Assembly: GCA_002269645.1 (NCBI GenBank)
Contig: NIVC01001103.1
Span: forward strand, 1-64,000
Length of the DNA stretch: 64,000 bases
From: Macrostomum lignano
Taxonomy: Eukaryota
Direction of reading: 5' to 3'
Below, piece after piece: positions 1 through 16,698 of this stretch. Position 1 is the stretch's first letter. The number at the start of each line of letters is the position of its first letter. The translations under genes and the position numbers were made by a program. A model generated the notes under the pieces. It saw only the letters and a program-made list of their open reading frames with translations. It was not told where the DNA came from and made no database searches.

Positions 1-635
1 AAATATTTATTACTATTTATATCCCAATTTATTCTATTCTATTGGAAGAGGATTTATTCTATCTCTATATAAAAAGACAATATAAAATTAGACTTATTTA
101 GACACAGCTAAGAGATAAGGGAATATATTTTTCTTGGTTAGAATATATAGCAATATTTTTATATCGCTTATAAGAACCACTTTGCAGCTCATTTTGAATG
201 GATTCTGGAATAAAAAATAAGCAATATATTAGTGTATAGTAATATAACAAGTCATAAAATAGAAAAAATCCTATGGTTCTTCATCCTGTGGGCTGTGACT
301 GCAGTGGGGTTGCGTGACCATTTTTGGAGGGTTGCAGCACCAAGAAACGTGTGAGTATGTCATACTTAGACTTGCTTTTTAAAGAACCAAAATATTAGTG
401 TTGTTTATTTTTCAATGCCTAATTACTCATAAATCTTGTAGTCTTAGGTCAATGAGTTAGTGATATATTTATTTTCAGTTTGTAAGTTTGTCATTTTTTT
501 AATAAATTACCTTCACAATGGATAAGATTGACAGAATTCACATAAGATAGATAAGATAAGATAAGATAAGGCATAAGATAGATTAGTGGTATTGGCATTG
601 ATAAAGGCTGGCTTTTGTATTTTTAAAGACAGGCA

Positions 636-800
636 TTTGCATTGGTAATGGCTGGTATTTGCATTGGTAATGGCTGGTATTTGCATTGGTAATGGCTGGT
701 ATTTGCATTGGTAATGGCTGGTATTTACATTGGTAATGGCTGGTATTTGTATTTGTAATGGCAAGCATTTGCATTGGTTATGGCTGGTATTTGCATTTGT
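636..800. repeat. 22-bp minisatellite (TTGCATTGGTAATGGCTGGTAT)n
   Basis: Unit recurs at 661, 683 etc.; about 7 copies with degenerate edges; a short (GATAA)n tract lies at ~546-580. Confidence 0.9.
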
Positions 801-945
801 AAGACTGACATTGGAATCAGATTGGTGGCATTGGCATTAGCAATGGCTGCATTGACATTTATTGGCAATTGCTTCTAAAAAAACTGGGTGCCAGAATGAT
901 GGAGCCTTGCCGCATGACAGACCCGTATCGCTCAATTTCAGGTAA

Positions 946-5950
<5,005 letters not shown>

Positions 5951-6389
5951 CACTGTTGACCTGCCCGACTGCGTTTGATAGACAAAGTAAAGCAGGACTA
6001 TTCCATGTCTAATGCATTGCCGCCATTGACCGCCTGTCTTTAATTTCCTCTTCTGTTGTCAACTTGGGGCTTCCTTTGTTAGTCTTTGTTTTACTGTGGC
6101 GTGTAAAAGAGTCCGTGAAATTGCTTTGGTTTGTTTGAAATTCCAATCATAATCATTTATTTGAATTTGCGCCTATTTTGTTATCGAATTTTTGGTGACT
6201 GATTATATTTAATTGTACCGTATAATTCGTTCGAATCGCGCTGCTTGGAAGTCCAGCATGTCCTAACTATACTACTCGCTGATGTTTCTGATTATGCGCC
6301 AGATGTTTTCATACCTGAAGCATATGCGTTAAGTACTAGCTCCAAATAATCTTATTTTCCAAATAATCTTACAATTTCTGCGGAAAATG

Positions 6390-7135
6390 GCACTTGATGC
6401 TGGAAATGGCATTATTGATGCGGGAAATGGCACTATTGGTGCTATAAATAGCATTATTGATCCGGGAAGTAACACTATTGATGCTGGAGATGGCACTATT
6501 GATGCTGGAAATGGCACTATTGATGCTGGAAATGGCACTATTGATGCTGGAAATGGCACTATTGATGCTAGAAATAACACTATTGATGCTGGAAATGACA
6601 CTATTGATGCTGGAAATGACACTATTGATGCTGGAAATGACACTATTGATGCTGGAAATGACACTATTGATGCTGGAAATGACACTATTGATGCTGGAAA
6701 TGGAACTATTGATGCGGGTAGTAACACTATTGATGCGGGAAATGGCACTATTGATGCTGGAAATGGAACTATTGATGCGGGTAGTAACACTATTGATGCG
6801 GGAAATGGCACTATTGATGCTGGAAATGGAACTATTGATGCGGGTAGTAACACTATTGATGCGGGAAATGGCACTATTGATGCTGGAAATGGAACTATTG
6901 ATGCGGGTAGTAACACTATTGATGCGGGAAATGGCACTATTGATGCTGGAAATGGAACTATTGATGCGGGTAGTAACACTATTGATGCGGGAAATGGCAC
7001 TATTGATGCTGGAAATGGAACTATTGATGCGGGTAGTAACACTATTGATGCGGGAAATGGCACTATTGATGCTGGAAATGGAACTATTGATGCGGGTAGT
7101 AACACTATTGATGCGGGAAATGGCACTGTTAATGT
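6390..7135. repeat. 21-bp minisatellite (ACTATTGATGCTGGAAATGGC)n with a 63-bp higher-order unit
   Basis: About 35 units; from ~6690 a three-unit block repeats; reading frames are open on both strands. Confidence 0.92.
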
Positions 7136-7934
7136 GGGAATGACGGGAAATAGCACACCAATAATCTTGCCTCCCTTATTGCCTTCTGTTGGCTTATATA
7201 TTTCACTGTCCCCCTGTCTCTGCTAGCGTTCATTTTAATATGTAGGAAGGATCCTCAGATTTAAGTAATTTGAAATCATTTTAGTTGACTCTGTGTTCTT
7301 TTTTGCTCCTTGCATTTTAAAAATATCAATTTTTTCATTTAATTGAACTAGTTTTTTGCTATTTGTTTTTTTGTCTTATTTAGGTGTGCGATGCTACTTA
7401 AATCAGTAGTGCGTATTGTCTCGGTAAATTTATTGTACTAAATAAAATATTAGAACTAGATAGATAGAAACTATTAATGCAAATAAAAGCTATAAGTTTA
7501 AAAACAGTCTAATTTGGTTAATAAGATTATTAAAATACATTTAAACTACCTGCAATATAAAAATATGCATATGTATTTGGTGTCTTTTCAAGCTCTCTAA
7601 ACACATTGTAAAGCTGCCCAGATGTGTTTTTATTTCTATCGATTTGTCAGTCTATCTGTGGTGATTTTTAATTTAATTTTGATTTTACTCTTTCTGCTCT
7701 CTGTAATTGTCTTCTGCTTTTGTGTTTTCGGCTGTCGGATAACAATAAATGATTGATTTGTGTTGTACTTTATAAATTCTATCTGTAGCGATTAATAAAA
7801 CTGCAAATTACCTTGGGACTTTGCTGGCTTCGACGCGCGACTTCTGTGCAGTTCTTTGTTTCTTTTTGAAGCTCAACTTTCTGCTCAGAAGTGACCTTTA
7901 TGCAGTTTCCTAATCCCTTATCTAAGCTTAATCA

Positions 7935-9200
7935 TCTACTCTCTCCAATTCTACCCGATTGTTTATCCCTCTGTCCTTCACTCTCCCCAGTTCTACCCGA
8001 TTGTTTATCCCTCTGTCCATCACTCTCCCCAGTTCTACCCGATTGTTTATCCCTCTGTCCCCCACTCTCTCCCCAGTTCTACCCGATTGTTTATCCCTCT
8101 GTCCCCCACTCTCTCCCCAGTTCTACCCGATTGTTTATCCCTCTGTCCCTCACTCTCTCCCCAGTTCTACCTGATTGTTTATCCCTCTGTCCCTCACTCT
8201 CTCCCCAGTACTACCCGATTGTTTATCCCTCTGTCCCTCACTCTCTTCCCAGTTCTTCCCGATTGTTTATCCCTCTGTCCCTCACTCTCTCCCCAGTTCT
8301 TCCCGATTGTTTATCCCTCTGTCCCCCACTCTCTCCCCAGTTCTACCCGATTGTTTATCCCTCTGTCCCCCACTCTCCCCAGTTCTACCCGATTGTTTAT
8401 TCCTCTGTCCCCCACTCTCTCCCCAGTTCTACCCGATTGTTTATCCCTCTGTCCCTCACTCTCCCCAGTTCTACCCGATTGTTTATCCCTCTGTCCCTCA
8501 CTCTCTCCCCAGTTCTACCCGATTGTTTATCCCTCTGTCCCCCACTCTCCCCAGTTCTACCCGATTGTTTATCCCTCTGTCCCCCACTCTCTCCCCAGTT
8601 CTTCCCGATTGTTTATCCCTCTGTCCCCCACTCTCTCCCCAGTTCTACCCGATTGTTTATCCCTCTGTCCCTCACTCTCTCCCCAGTTCTTCCCGATTGT
8701 TTATCCCTCTGTCCCTCACTCTCTCCCCAGTTCTACCCGATTGTTTATCCCTCTGTCCCCCACTCTCTCCCCAGTTCTGCCCGATTGTTTATCCCTCTGT
8801 CCCTCACTCTCTCCCCAGTTCTGCCCGATTGTTTATCCCTCTGTCCCTCACTCTCTCCCCAGTTCTGCCCGATTGTTTATCCCTCTGTCCCTCACTCTCT
8901 CCCCAGTTCTACCCGATTGTTTATCCCTCTGTCCCCCACTCTCCCCAGTTCTACCCGATTGTTTATCCCTCTGTCCCCCACTCTCCCCAGTTCTACCCGA
9001 TTGTTTATCCCTCTGTCCCTCACTCTCTCCCCAGTTCTACCCGATTGTTTATCCCTCTGTCCCTCACTGTGCCCAGTTCTACCCGAGTTCTATCCCGGTT
9101 GTTTATCCCTCTGGCCCCCACTCTCTCCCCAGTTCTACCCGATTGTTTATCCCTCTGTCCCTCACTCTCTCCCCAGTTCTACCCGATTGTTTATCCCTCT
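7935..9200. repeat. 42/44-bp pyrimidine-rich minisatellite upstream of POP5
   Basis: Unit CTCTCCCCAGTTCTACCCGATTGTTTATCCCTCTGTCCCTCACT, period 44 (8101 to 8145); source of the three long low-complexity + ORFs. Confidence 0.93.
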
Positions 9201-9238
9201 TTACTCCTTAATAACACTGAGTTCGCTACGGACTCCAG

Positions 9239-9652
9239 GTGCGCAAGAAGTACCGCTACCTGACCTGCGAGTTGGTGGCCGAGAATCGGCAGGCCGCAGC
9301 TCAGGCTGGCGAAGGCGAGCTGATTGCGGCTGTCCGAGAATCCGTGCTGACGCTGCACGGAGCCCTCGGCCTTGGCCGGGTTGTGAACCGACTCAAACTG
9401 GTGGACTGGAGCCGCGACACCGGCGTCCTGGTGCTCCGAGTGAGCCGCGACACGCATCGCTACCTGGCCTCCGCTCTGCCCTTCGTGAAGTCATTGCACG
9501 GCTCCCGGGTTGCCATAGCAACTCTGCACTGCAGCGGCACAGTCAGATGCGCGGCCAAATTTCTAACCCGATTCTATTCGGCCGATTCGACTGTTCGAAA
9601 GCAGAAAATATTGGCTAGCAGTTTAGCTAAGCTGGGCGCTAAGCCTATCTGA
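9239..9652 (+). CDS. POP5: RNase P/MRP subunit POP5 (no encoded ATG; frame starts GTG directly after a CAG acceptor)
   Basis: VRKKYRYLTCELV...HGALG...TGVLVLRVSR...LASALPFV...TLHCSGTVRCAAKFL matches the POP5 pattern MVRFKxRY...SALPF...TLHVGGTIR (recalled from memory). Acceptor AG at 9237-9238. Confidence 0.88.
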   Translation: MRKKYRYLTCELVAENRQAAAQAGEGELIAAVRESVLTLHGALGLGRVVNRLKLVDWSRDTGVLVLRVSRDTHRYLASALPFVKSLHGSRVAIATLHCSGTVRCAAKFLTRFYSADSTVRKQKILASSLAKLGAKPI

Positions 9653-9871
9653 TTGCTGGATGCAATTATATGGATTCTTTTAGTGCATTTTTGTCGTTGT
9701 CTAATCCAATTTTCTAAATATATACACTACGGACCACGGGTCTAAAAATGTTTGCTACGAGGCAAATTTTAAATTTTTTTCAACCTGTTTCTTGTATTAA
9801 CTAAGCGTGTCTATAAAACAAGGAATGGAGCAGATCTTTTAGACTGTAGCATAGAGGACATACAAGTGTTT

Positions 9872-10087
9872 GTAGCCTGGTGGTTACAGTGGGGTCGGAG
9901 GTTCGATTCTCGACCCACTTGGGAACAATTTGTGTCCTTGCAGCAAGACACTGAACTCTGCATTGCTTCAGTTCCCCTAGCTGTAAAATGGGTGCCAGCA
10001 TTAGCTGGGGTAATTGAGGGTGTGTGGCAACCCCCAATCCTTGGACTGAACAGCCGTACGCAGCCTTCAGATATTATTTATTATTAT
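9872..10087 (+). mobile_element. tRNA-derived CORE-type SINE
   Basis: A-box-like TAGCCTGGTGG and B-box GGTTCGATTCT, then GTGTCCTTGCAGCAAGACACTGAACTC...CTGTAAAATGGG resembling the MIR/CORE domain; AT-rich tail. Confidence 0.65.
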
Positions 10088-10209
10088 AGAGCACACGCTT
10101 AGTATCTATAATAGCATCGGGATTTTTCTCGCAAAAGTGAGACTTCATAAAATTTTCCTAGATTCAGATAGTGTCCTATTGATTATTTGCTTCAGCGACA
10201 GCAGTCGCC

Positions 10210-11685
10210 ATGGCAACAAGAGCTACTCAACCGGATGATGCGGCGCGGATGACTCTAGCCGAATGCAACGAATTGCTATTGAGCATCGAGCAGCAGCAGC
10301 AGTCGGACTCCAGTGACTCAGCCCTGCGGCTGCTCCGGGCTGCCAGATCGATGGCCGCTCTGTGCGGCGAGTTCCGAAGTCAGCTGGTTGTTGATGACAC
10401 CTTGGCTGAGCGCTTCCTAGCCGCGGTTGTACAAAGCGCAGAACGCTGTCCTGCTCAGCAGCCCGACGCATCCGTGACCGCGTCTGTAGCCATTCAGACG
10501 GTGTACAACGCCTGCGCCTTTGACTCCTTGGACAGTGTTGAAAGATCGTCGGGGAGTCGGCTAGCTGGTCACGTGACTGACTGGCTGAGCAGCCTGTGCC
10601 GGCTTGTGCTGTCTCTGCAGCAGCGAGATCGCGACCGTCCAGCCGCCTGTCTCAGCCTGCTGCTGGTGCTGCTGAGCTCCAGCCGGTCCGGCTCCCAATG
10701 CCTGGCTGCCAATCCGGCTGCGGAGGAACAGGCTGCGGTCTTTGTTCGTCAGGAGCTGCTGACAGTCTGCGGAGTGGAAGAGGATAGCGGCAGCTGCGCA
10801 GGAGACCGGCTGTTGGCTCTGCGCGAGCTTCTTGGCACTGACTGCGGCTCCCGCCTGCTGATGCCGGAGCTGCGCCTGTCCGAAATGCAGCCGGCGCCAG
10901 CTGCTCAGGACTGCTTGGCCCAGCTGCTCCACTTGGCTGTACAGTCCCAGCCGGAGCCGCCTCCCCTGTCCAGAGCCGCCTGGCGCCGCCTGCTTGAGCA
11001 CCTGAGAAGCTACGCCAGCCAGCTGCTGTGCACAGTTCGAGCCGATCCGGTTAGCCTGGAGTCCGGCTCCGCTCTGTTCTTCTGCGCCTGCGATCTGCTG
11101 GGCCGACCGTTGGCCAATTGGCAAGCTGGTCAGACTCATGATGATGATGATGATGATGATGTAGCGTCCAGCCTCCGCCGGGATCTGGGCCTGGCCCGCC
11201 TGGCTTGCCAGCTGTTGCGCTGCGCCGACTTGGCCGGCCGCGCCAACCCTGCCGGTCCGTTCGCAGTCGACCGGCGCCGCCTTTTATCGTCGTCGTCGCA
11301 GTCGGACGCCGATCCGGTCTACGAAGCGGCGCTGTCGCATCCGGGAGCGGCATTGAAAACCGCTCTGGTCCGCTTCCTGGCCAATGCCGCCTACTCCAAT
11401 CCGCCATTTCAGTTGGCAATAGTGAAAGAAGGCGGCCTACCGGAGCTGTTGAACTGCTTAGCTTTAGACGATAAGAATCCCTGTTTGAGGCAGTGGGCCG
11501 CTTTGGCTATAAGAAATCTGTGCCAGGATTGCCCCGAGGCGCGGGACCTGCTGCGCCGGCTGAGACCGCTGGGTGATGGCGCCGACAACCTCAGCTCGGA
11601 CAGTCGGGGACTGCTGGACGAATGCTGCGGCACTCGACAGATTACTGTGCGAAATGGCCGAGTTGTGCCTGTGGATGAGGATTGA
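10210..11685 (+). CDS. ATXN10: Ataxin-10 homolog, intronless, 491 aa
   Basis: C-terminal ataxin-10 domain: LKTALVRFLANAAY...GGLPELLNCLALDDKNPCLRQWAALAIRNL; helical, Leu-rich body; TTCAG acceptor 14 nt before the ATG. Confidence 0.85.
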   Translation: MATRATQPDDAARMTLAECNELLLSIEQQQQSDSSDSALRLLRAARSMAALCGEFRSQLVVDDTLAERFLAAVVQSAERCPAQQPDASVTASVAIQTVYNACAFDSLDSVERSSGSRLAGHVTDWLSSLCRLVLSLQQRDRDRPAACLSLLLVLLSSSRSGSQCLAANPAAEEQAAVFVRQELLTVCGVEEDSGSCAGDRLLALRELLGTDCGSRLLMPELRLSEMQPAPAAQDCLAQLLHLAVQSQPEPPPLSRAAWRRLLEHLRSYASQLLCTVRADPVSLESGSALFFCACDLLGRPLANWQAGQTHDDDDDDDVASSLRRDLGLARLACQLLRCADLAGRANPAGPFAVDRRRLLSSSSQSDADPVYEAALSHPGAALKTALVRFLANAAYSNPPFQLAIVKEGGLPELLNCLALDDKNPCLRQWAALAIRNLCQDCPEARDLLRRLRPLGDGADNLSSDSRGLLDECCGTRQITVRNGRVVPVDED

Positions 11686-11714
11686 GGCTGCTACGAGTCT
11701 GTTTCATGCTGAGC

Positions 11715-13045
11715 TGAGGCTGGGGACTGGAGATGAAGCTGGGGACTGAAGATGGAGCTAGGGACTGAGGATGAAGCTAGGGACTAAAGATGGAGCTAGG
11801 GACTGAAGATAAAGCTGGGGACTGAGGATGAAGCTAGGGACTAAAGATGGAGCTAGGGAGTGAAGATGGATCTAGGGACTGAAGATAAAGCTGGGGACTG
11901 AAGATGGAGCTAGGGACTGAGGATGAAGCTAGGGACTAAAGATGGAGCTAGGGACTGAAGATAAAGCTGGGGACTGAGGATGAAGCTAGGGACTAAAGAT
12001 GGAGCTAGGGAGTGAAGATGGATCTAGGGACTGAAGATAAAGCTGGGGACTGAGGATGAAGCTGGGGACTGAGGATGAAGCTAGGGACTGAAGATGGATC
12101 TGGGGACTGAAGATGAAGCTGGGGACTGAGGATGAAGCTAGGGACTAAAGATGAAGCTAGGGAGTGAAGATGGATCTAGGGACTGAAGATAAAGCTGGGG
12201 ACTGAGGATGAAGCTGGGGACTGAGGATGAAGCTAGGGACTGAAGATGGATCTGGGGACTGAAGATGAAGCTGGGGACTGAAGATAAAGCTGGGGACTGA
12301 AGATGGATCTGGGGACTGGAGATGGAGCTGGGGACCGAAGATGGATCTGGGGACTGAAGATGGAGCTAGGGACTGAAGATGGAGCTGGGGACTGAAGATG
12401 GATCTGGGGACCGAAGATGGAGCTGGGGACTGAAGATGGAGATAGGGACTGGGGATGAAGCTAGGGACTAAAGATGGAGCTAGGGACTGAAGATAAAGCT
12501 GGGGACTGAGGATGAAGCTAGGGACTAAAGATGAAGCTAGGGAGTGAAGATGGATCTAGGGACTGAAGATAAAGCTGGGGACTGAGGATGAAGCTAGGGA
12601 CTAAAGATGAAGCTAGGGACTGAAGATGGATCTGGGGACTGAAGATGAAGCTGGGGACTGAAGATAAAGCTGGGAACTGAAGATGGAGCTAGGGACTGAA
12701 GATAAAGCTGGGGACTGAAGATGGATCTGGGGACTGGAGATGGAGCTGGGGACCGAAGATGGATCTGGGGACTGAAGATGGAGCTAGGGACTGAAGATGG
12801 AGCTGGGGACTGAAGATGGATCTGGGGACCGAAGATGGAGCTGGGGACTGAAGATGGAGATAGGGACTGGAGATGGAGATGGGGACTGAAGATGGAGATA
12901 GGGACTGGAGATGGGGATTGGAGATGGAGATGGGGACTGGAGATGGAGATGGGGACTGGAGATGGGGATTGGAGATGGAGATGGGGACTGGAGATGGAGC
13001 TGGGGACTGAGGATGAAGCTAGGGAGTGAAGATGGAGATGGGGAC
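11715..13045. repeat. 19-bp minisatellite (GGGGACTGAAGATGGAGCT)n directly after the ATXN10 stop
   Basis: Period 19 (12361 to 12380); begins about 30 nt after the TGA. Confidence 0.92.
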
Positions 13046-13399
13046 TGGAGCTGCAGACGTCCTCAAACGCTTCTGATTAGCTTCTTGTAGCCAATACTGA
13101 GTCTTATCTGAGAATTGTATTTAAAATTGAGCTTAGTTTAAGTGCTATTGTTGTTAATATGTTTTGTTTCATAAATACAGGTAAATATAAGAATACTTTT
13201 TTTGCAGTTGTTTTGCATTTTTCGTTTAATTTTTTTTACCTCATGCGTCGGTACTAGTAGCTAGTTATGAGTATTTAGATTAACCTGAGCACCAATTCAG
13301 CTAGCAGATTAGCAGCCTTTGATTTTCGTCTAAATTAAATTACAAGTTGGACAATGCTGAGCCCGATACTTAATTAGTGGCAATATACACTTCAGCGCC

Positions 13400-16031
13400 A
13401 TGAGCTACAAGGAGCGCGAGCACTTGAACCGGCTGATTATCAGCCAGCTATACTATGATGGCCACCAGTCCATAGCCGTGAAGCTCAACAGCCTGGTGAA
13501 TGACAAATCCGTGCCCTGCGGCCCGTCCAGCCGCCTGCTGAACCTGGTCCGCACCGGCCTGTCCCTGGAGGAGGAGGAGAAAGAGAAAGCCATGCACGAT
13601 GCCAATGCTGTTGAACCGGGCACCGGTATCGATTTGGAAATCGAGTCCGAGACCGTAGCCAAGTCGCCTGAGGCTGCTCTGTACGAAACCTGTTACGTCA
13701 CTTCGCACAAAGCGCCGTGCCGTTCGGCCGCCTTCAGCCCGAGCGGCCAGCTGGTCTGCACGGGATCCACCGATGCCAGCATTAAAATCTTGGACATTGA
13801 ACGGATGCTGCTGAAAGGCATGGGCGGAGACGACGGCTCCAGCGAGTCGCACCCGGTGATTCGCACTCTGTACGATCACACGGAGGAGGTCACCTGTCTG
13901 GAGTTCCACCCGGATCCGCGGCTCACCCTGCTGGCCTCCGCGTCCAAGGACTACTATGTGAAACTGTTCGACTATTCCAATCCGTCTGTGAAGAAAGCGC
14001 AGAGAAGTCTGAGAGAGGCTTCACCGGTTAGTTTGCCCGCCTGTTGCTGGGGGGTTGTTGCTTTTTGCAAGCAAGCTGCAAGCTTCTTATTGTCAAATAG
14101 CCTCTAACTGTTTGTTTGCAATAAGTTCGAACTTGTAAAGTTTCGAGCTTGCGATAATCCGAGCTTGTGATAATCCGAGCTTGTGATAATCCGAGCATGG
14201 GATAATTCGAGCTTGTGATAATCCGAGCTTGTGATAATCCAAGCTTGTGATATCCGAGCTTGTGATAATTCGAGCTTGTGATAATCCGAGCATGGGATAA
14301 TCCGAGCTTGTGATAATCCGAGCATGGGATAATTCGAGCTTGTGATAATCCAACCTTGTGATAATCCAACCTTGTGATAATCCAACCTTGTGATAATCCA
14401 ACCTTGTGATAATCCAACCTTGTGATAATCCAACCTTGTGATAATCCAACCTTGTGATAATCCGAGCTTGTGATAATCCAACCTGCGATAATCCGAGCTT
14501 GTAAAATAGTATCAAGGTCAAGCTCTAATTAGCAGTTTTAAGGTCCCCTTAATCAATGACAAAGTTTTGTTAATATGAAACAAAAGATCCGTTAGAAATC
14601 CTGAGAAAGGCGTGAAAACAACTTTTCGAACTCGACTTCTGAGATGCTTCTGAAAGCGCTTCATCCCGTGCGGCTTCCATTGGCAGGTTCGAACCTTCTG
14701 CTTTCACCCAAGCGGCAACTACATGATTGTCGGCTGCGACCAGCCAACCCTGCGCGTTTACGACGTGTCCACTGGCCAGTGCTTTGTGAGCTGCAATCCC
14801 AACGATCAGCACACTCGGGCGCTCACCATGCTGCGCTGGGCCGGCTCCGGCCAGTACTACTGCTCAGCGTCCAAGGACGGCTGTCTGAAACTCTGGGACG
14901 GCGTTTCCGGCCGTTGCGTGGCCAATTTTGAACGGGCCCACGATGGATACGAAGTCTGCTCCGCTGTGTTCTCCAGGAATGGTGGGAGATAGCTCACTTT
15001 TGTGTGTTAAACTCCCAGCTTCCCAGATCCTCAGTTGCTGGGCCAGCCTCCCAGATCCTCAGTTGCTGGGCCAGCCTCCCAGATCCTCAGTTGCTGGGCC
15101 AGCCTCCCAGATCCTCAGTTGCTGGGCCAGCCTCCCAGATCCTCAGTTGCTGGGTCAGCCTCCCAGATCCTCAGTTACTGGGCCACCAGCCTCCCAGATC
15201 CTCAGTTGCTGGGCCAGCCTCTCAGATCCTCAGTTGCTGGGCCAGCCTCCCAGATCCTCAGTTGCTGGGCCAGCCTCTCAGATCCTTAGTTGCTGGGCCA
15301 GCCTCCCAGATCCTCAGTTGCTGGGCCAGCCTCCCAGATCCTCAGTTGCTGGGCCAGCCTCCCAGATCCTCAGTTGCTGGGCCAGCCTCCCAGATACTCA
15401 GTTGCTGGGCCAGCCTCCCAGATCCTCAGTTGCTGGGCCAGCCTCCCAGAGTGTCAGTTGCTAGGCCAGCCTCCCAGATCCCCAGTTGCTGGGCCAGCCT
15501 CCCAGATCCTCAGTTGCTGGGCCAGCCTCCCAGATCCTCAGTTGCTGGGCCAGCCTCCCAGATCCCCAGTTGCTGGGCCAGCCTCCCAGATCCCCAGTTG
15601 CTGGGCCAGCCTCCCAGATCCTCAGTTGCTGGGCCACCACCAGCCAAAGCAGAGTATTAAAACTCAGTTCATCCCGCTCCCACGCAGGCAAGTACATCCT
15701 CAGCTCCGGCAAGGACTCACAGGTGAAGCTGTGGGAGCTGAGCACCGGCCGGCCCCTCATCACCTACACGGGAGCCGGGGCCAGTGGCCGGCAGAGCCAT
15801 CGAACCAATGCCGTGTTCAACCACACCGAGGACTTCGTGATGTTCCCGGACGAGGCCACCAAGTCGCTCTGCTGCTGGGATTCTCGGAGCGCCGATCGCC
15901 AGAGACTGCTGGCCCTGTCGCACAACGGAGTGGTCCGGTTCATGACTCACTCCACCACCATGCCCGCCTTTATCAGCTGCTCGGACGATCATAGGGCTCG
16001 ATTCTGGTACAAGAAGGCCCTGACCGAGTGA
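13400..16031 (+). CDS. CSTF1: Cleavage stimulation factor 50 kDa subunit (WD40), 3 exons
   Basis: Exons 13400-14026, 14687-14981, 15688-16031 (GT-AG, phases compatible). Motifs: [56 protein letters not shown]. Confidence 0.95.
14150..14492. repeat. 16-bp minisatellite (ATAATCCGAGCTTGTG)n in CSTF1 intron 1
   Basis: Direct tandem units with CCGAG/CCAAC variants. Confidence 0.9.
15012..15632. repeat. 28-bp minisatellite (CTCCCAGATCCTCAGTTGCTGGGCCAGC)n in CSTF1 intron 2
   Basis: About 22 near-identical units filling almost the whole intron. Confidence 0.93.
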
Positions 16032-16166
16032 TTGATGATCTCGTTTGAATTCAACCAGTTCAGCGTTTCTAAACGTTTTCTTGTACATCGTTTGTCAGTT
16101 ATACATTTGCAAACCTGTTCTGTTTGTGCTCGAATAATTAAAACTGACAGTCTCTTTGCACTACTG

Positions 16167-16172
16167 AATAAA
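16167..16172 (+). promoter_or_regulatory. Candidate polyadenylation signal for CSTF1
   Basis: AATAAA 136 nt after the stop; an opposite-strand AATAAA at 16442-16447 could serve the convergent cytochrome b5 gene. Confidence 0.45.
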
Positions 16173-16698
16173 GAAGGCAGTTAGTAGTACAATTAGTTAT
16201 ATAATAAACGACTTAAGTTACGGAAGTAATTTTCTTTTCGTACTACTTAAACGGTTTGCAACAGTAGTATAATTAATTGGTTAACCATTTCGTTTAATTT
16301 TTTTCAGTACGAGTACTCTGCACATGGCGACTATAAATAAACAAAAAAAGTAATAATTCTTTGTCTGTGCTGTCGCATTTGTCTGTCGCCACGAATTTAA
16401 ATGCGCGAAAGCTGTTGTTGAATTGCTTTTGTTGTTGTTTGTTTATTATTGCTTGCAGAAGAAAAGTTAAAATATCAGTGGCAGTTGGCACCGGTCGCCG
16501 ATCTCGCGGTTGAATTGTCAATTAAAATACTTATTTTCGCTGAATCTAAATGTGAACAAAAAAGATAAATTTGAGAGTGCAAATACATCCATCAAGCAAT
16601 TGAAATGAAATATGAATAAGCGATTTAAAAGTACTAAATGTACTTTAAACGGGATGAGTAGCAGGAATCAATAGGTTTGCTGTTTGCACATTCCGAAG

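Noticed and set aside
7891-9263. 575/374/362-aa Pro/Ser/Leu-rich ORFs
   Set aside because: Translations of the 42/44-bp satellite in all three + frames; only the POP5 frame after 9239 has homology.
9872-9915. tRNA gene
   Set aside because: A and B boxes are present, but they are too close together for a full cloverleaf and continue into CORE-like sequence; better explained as a SINE head.
14928-15994. Several 85-234 aa [12 protein letters not shown]-repeat ORFs
   Set aside because: Translations of the 28-bp satellite in CSTF1 intron 2.
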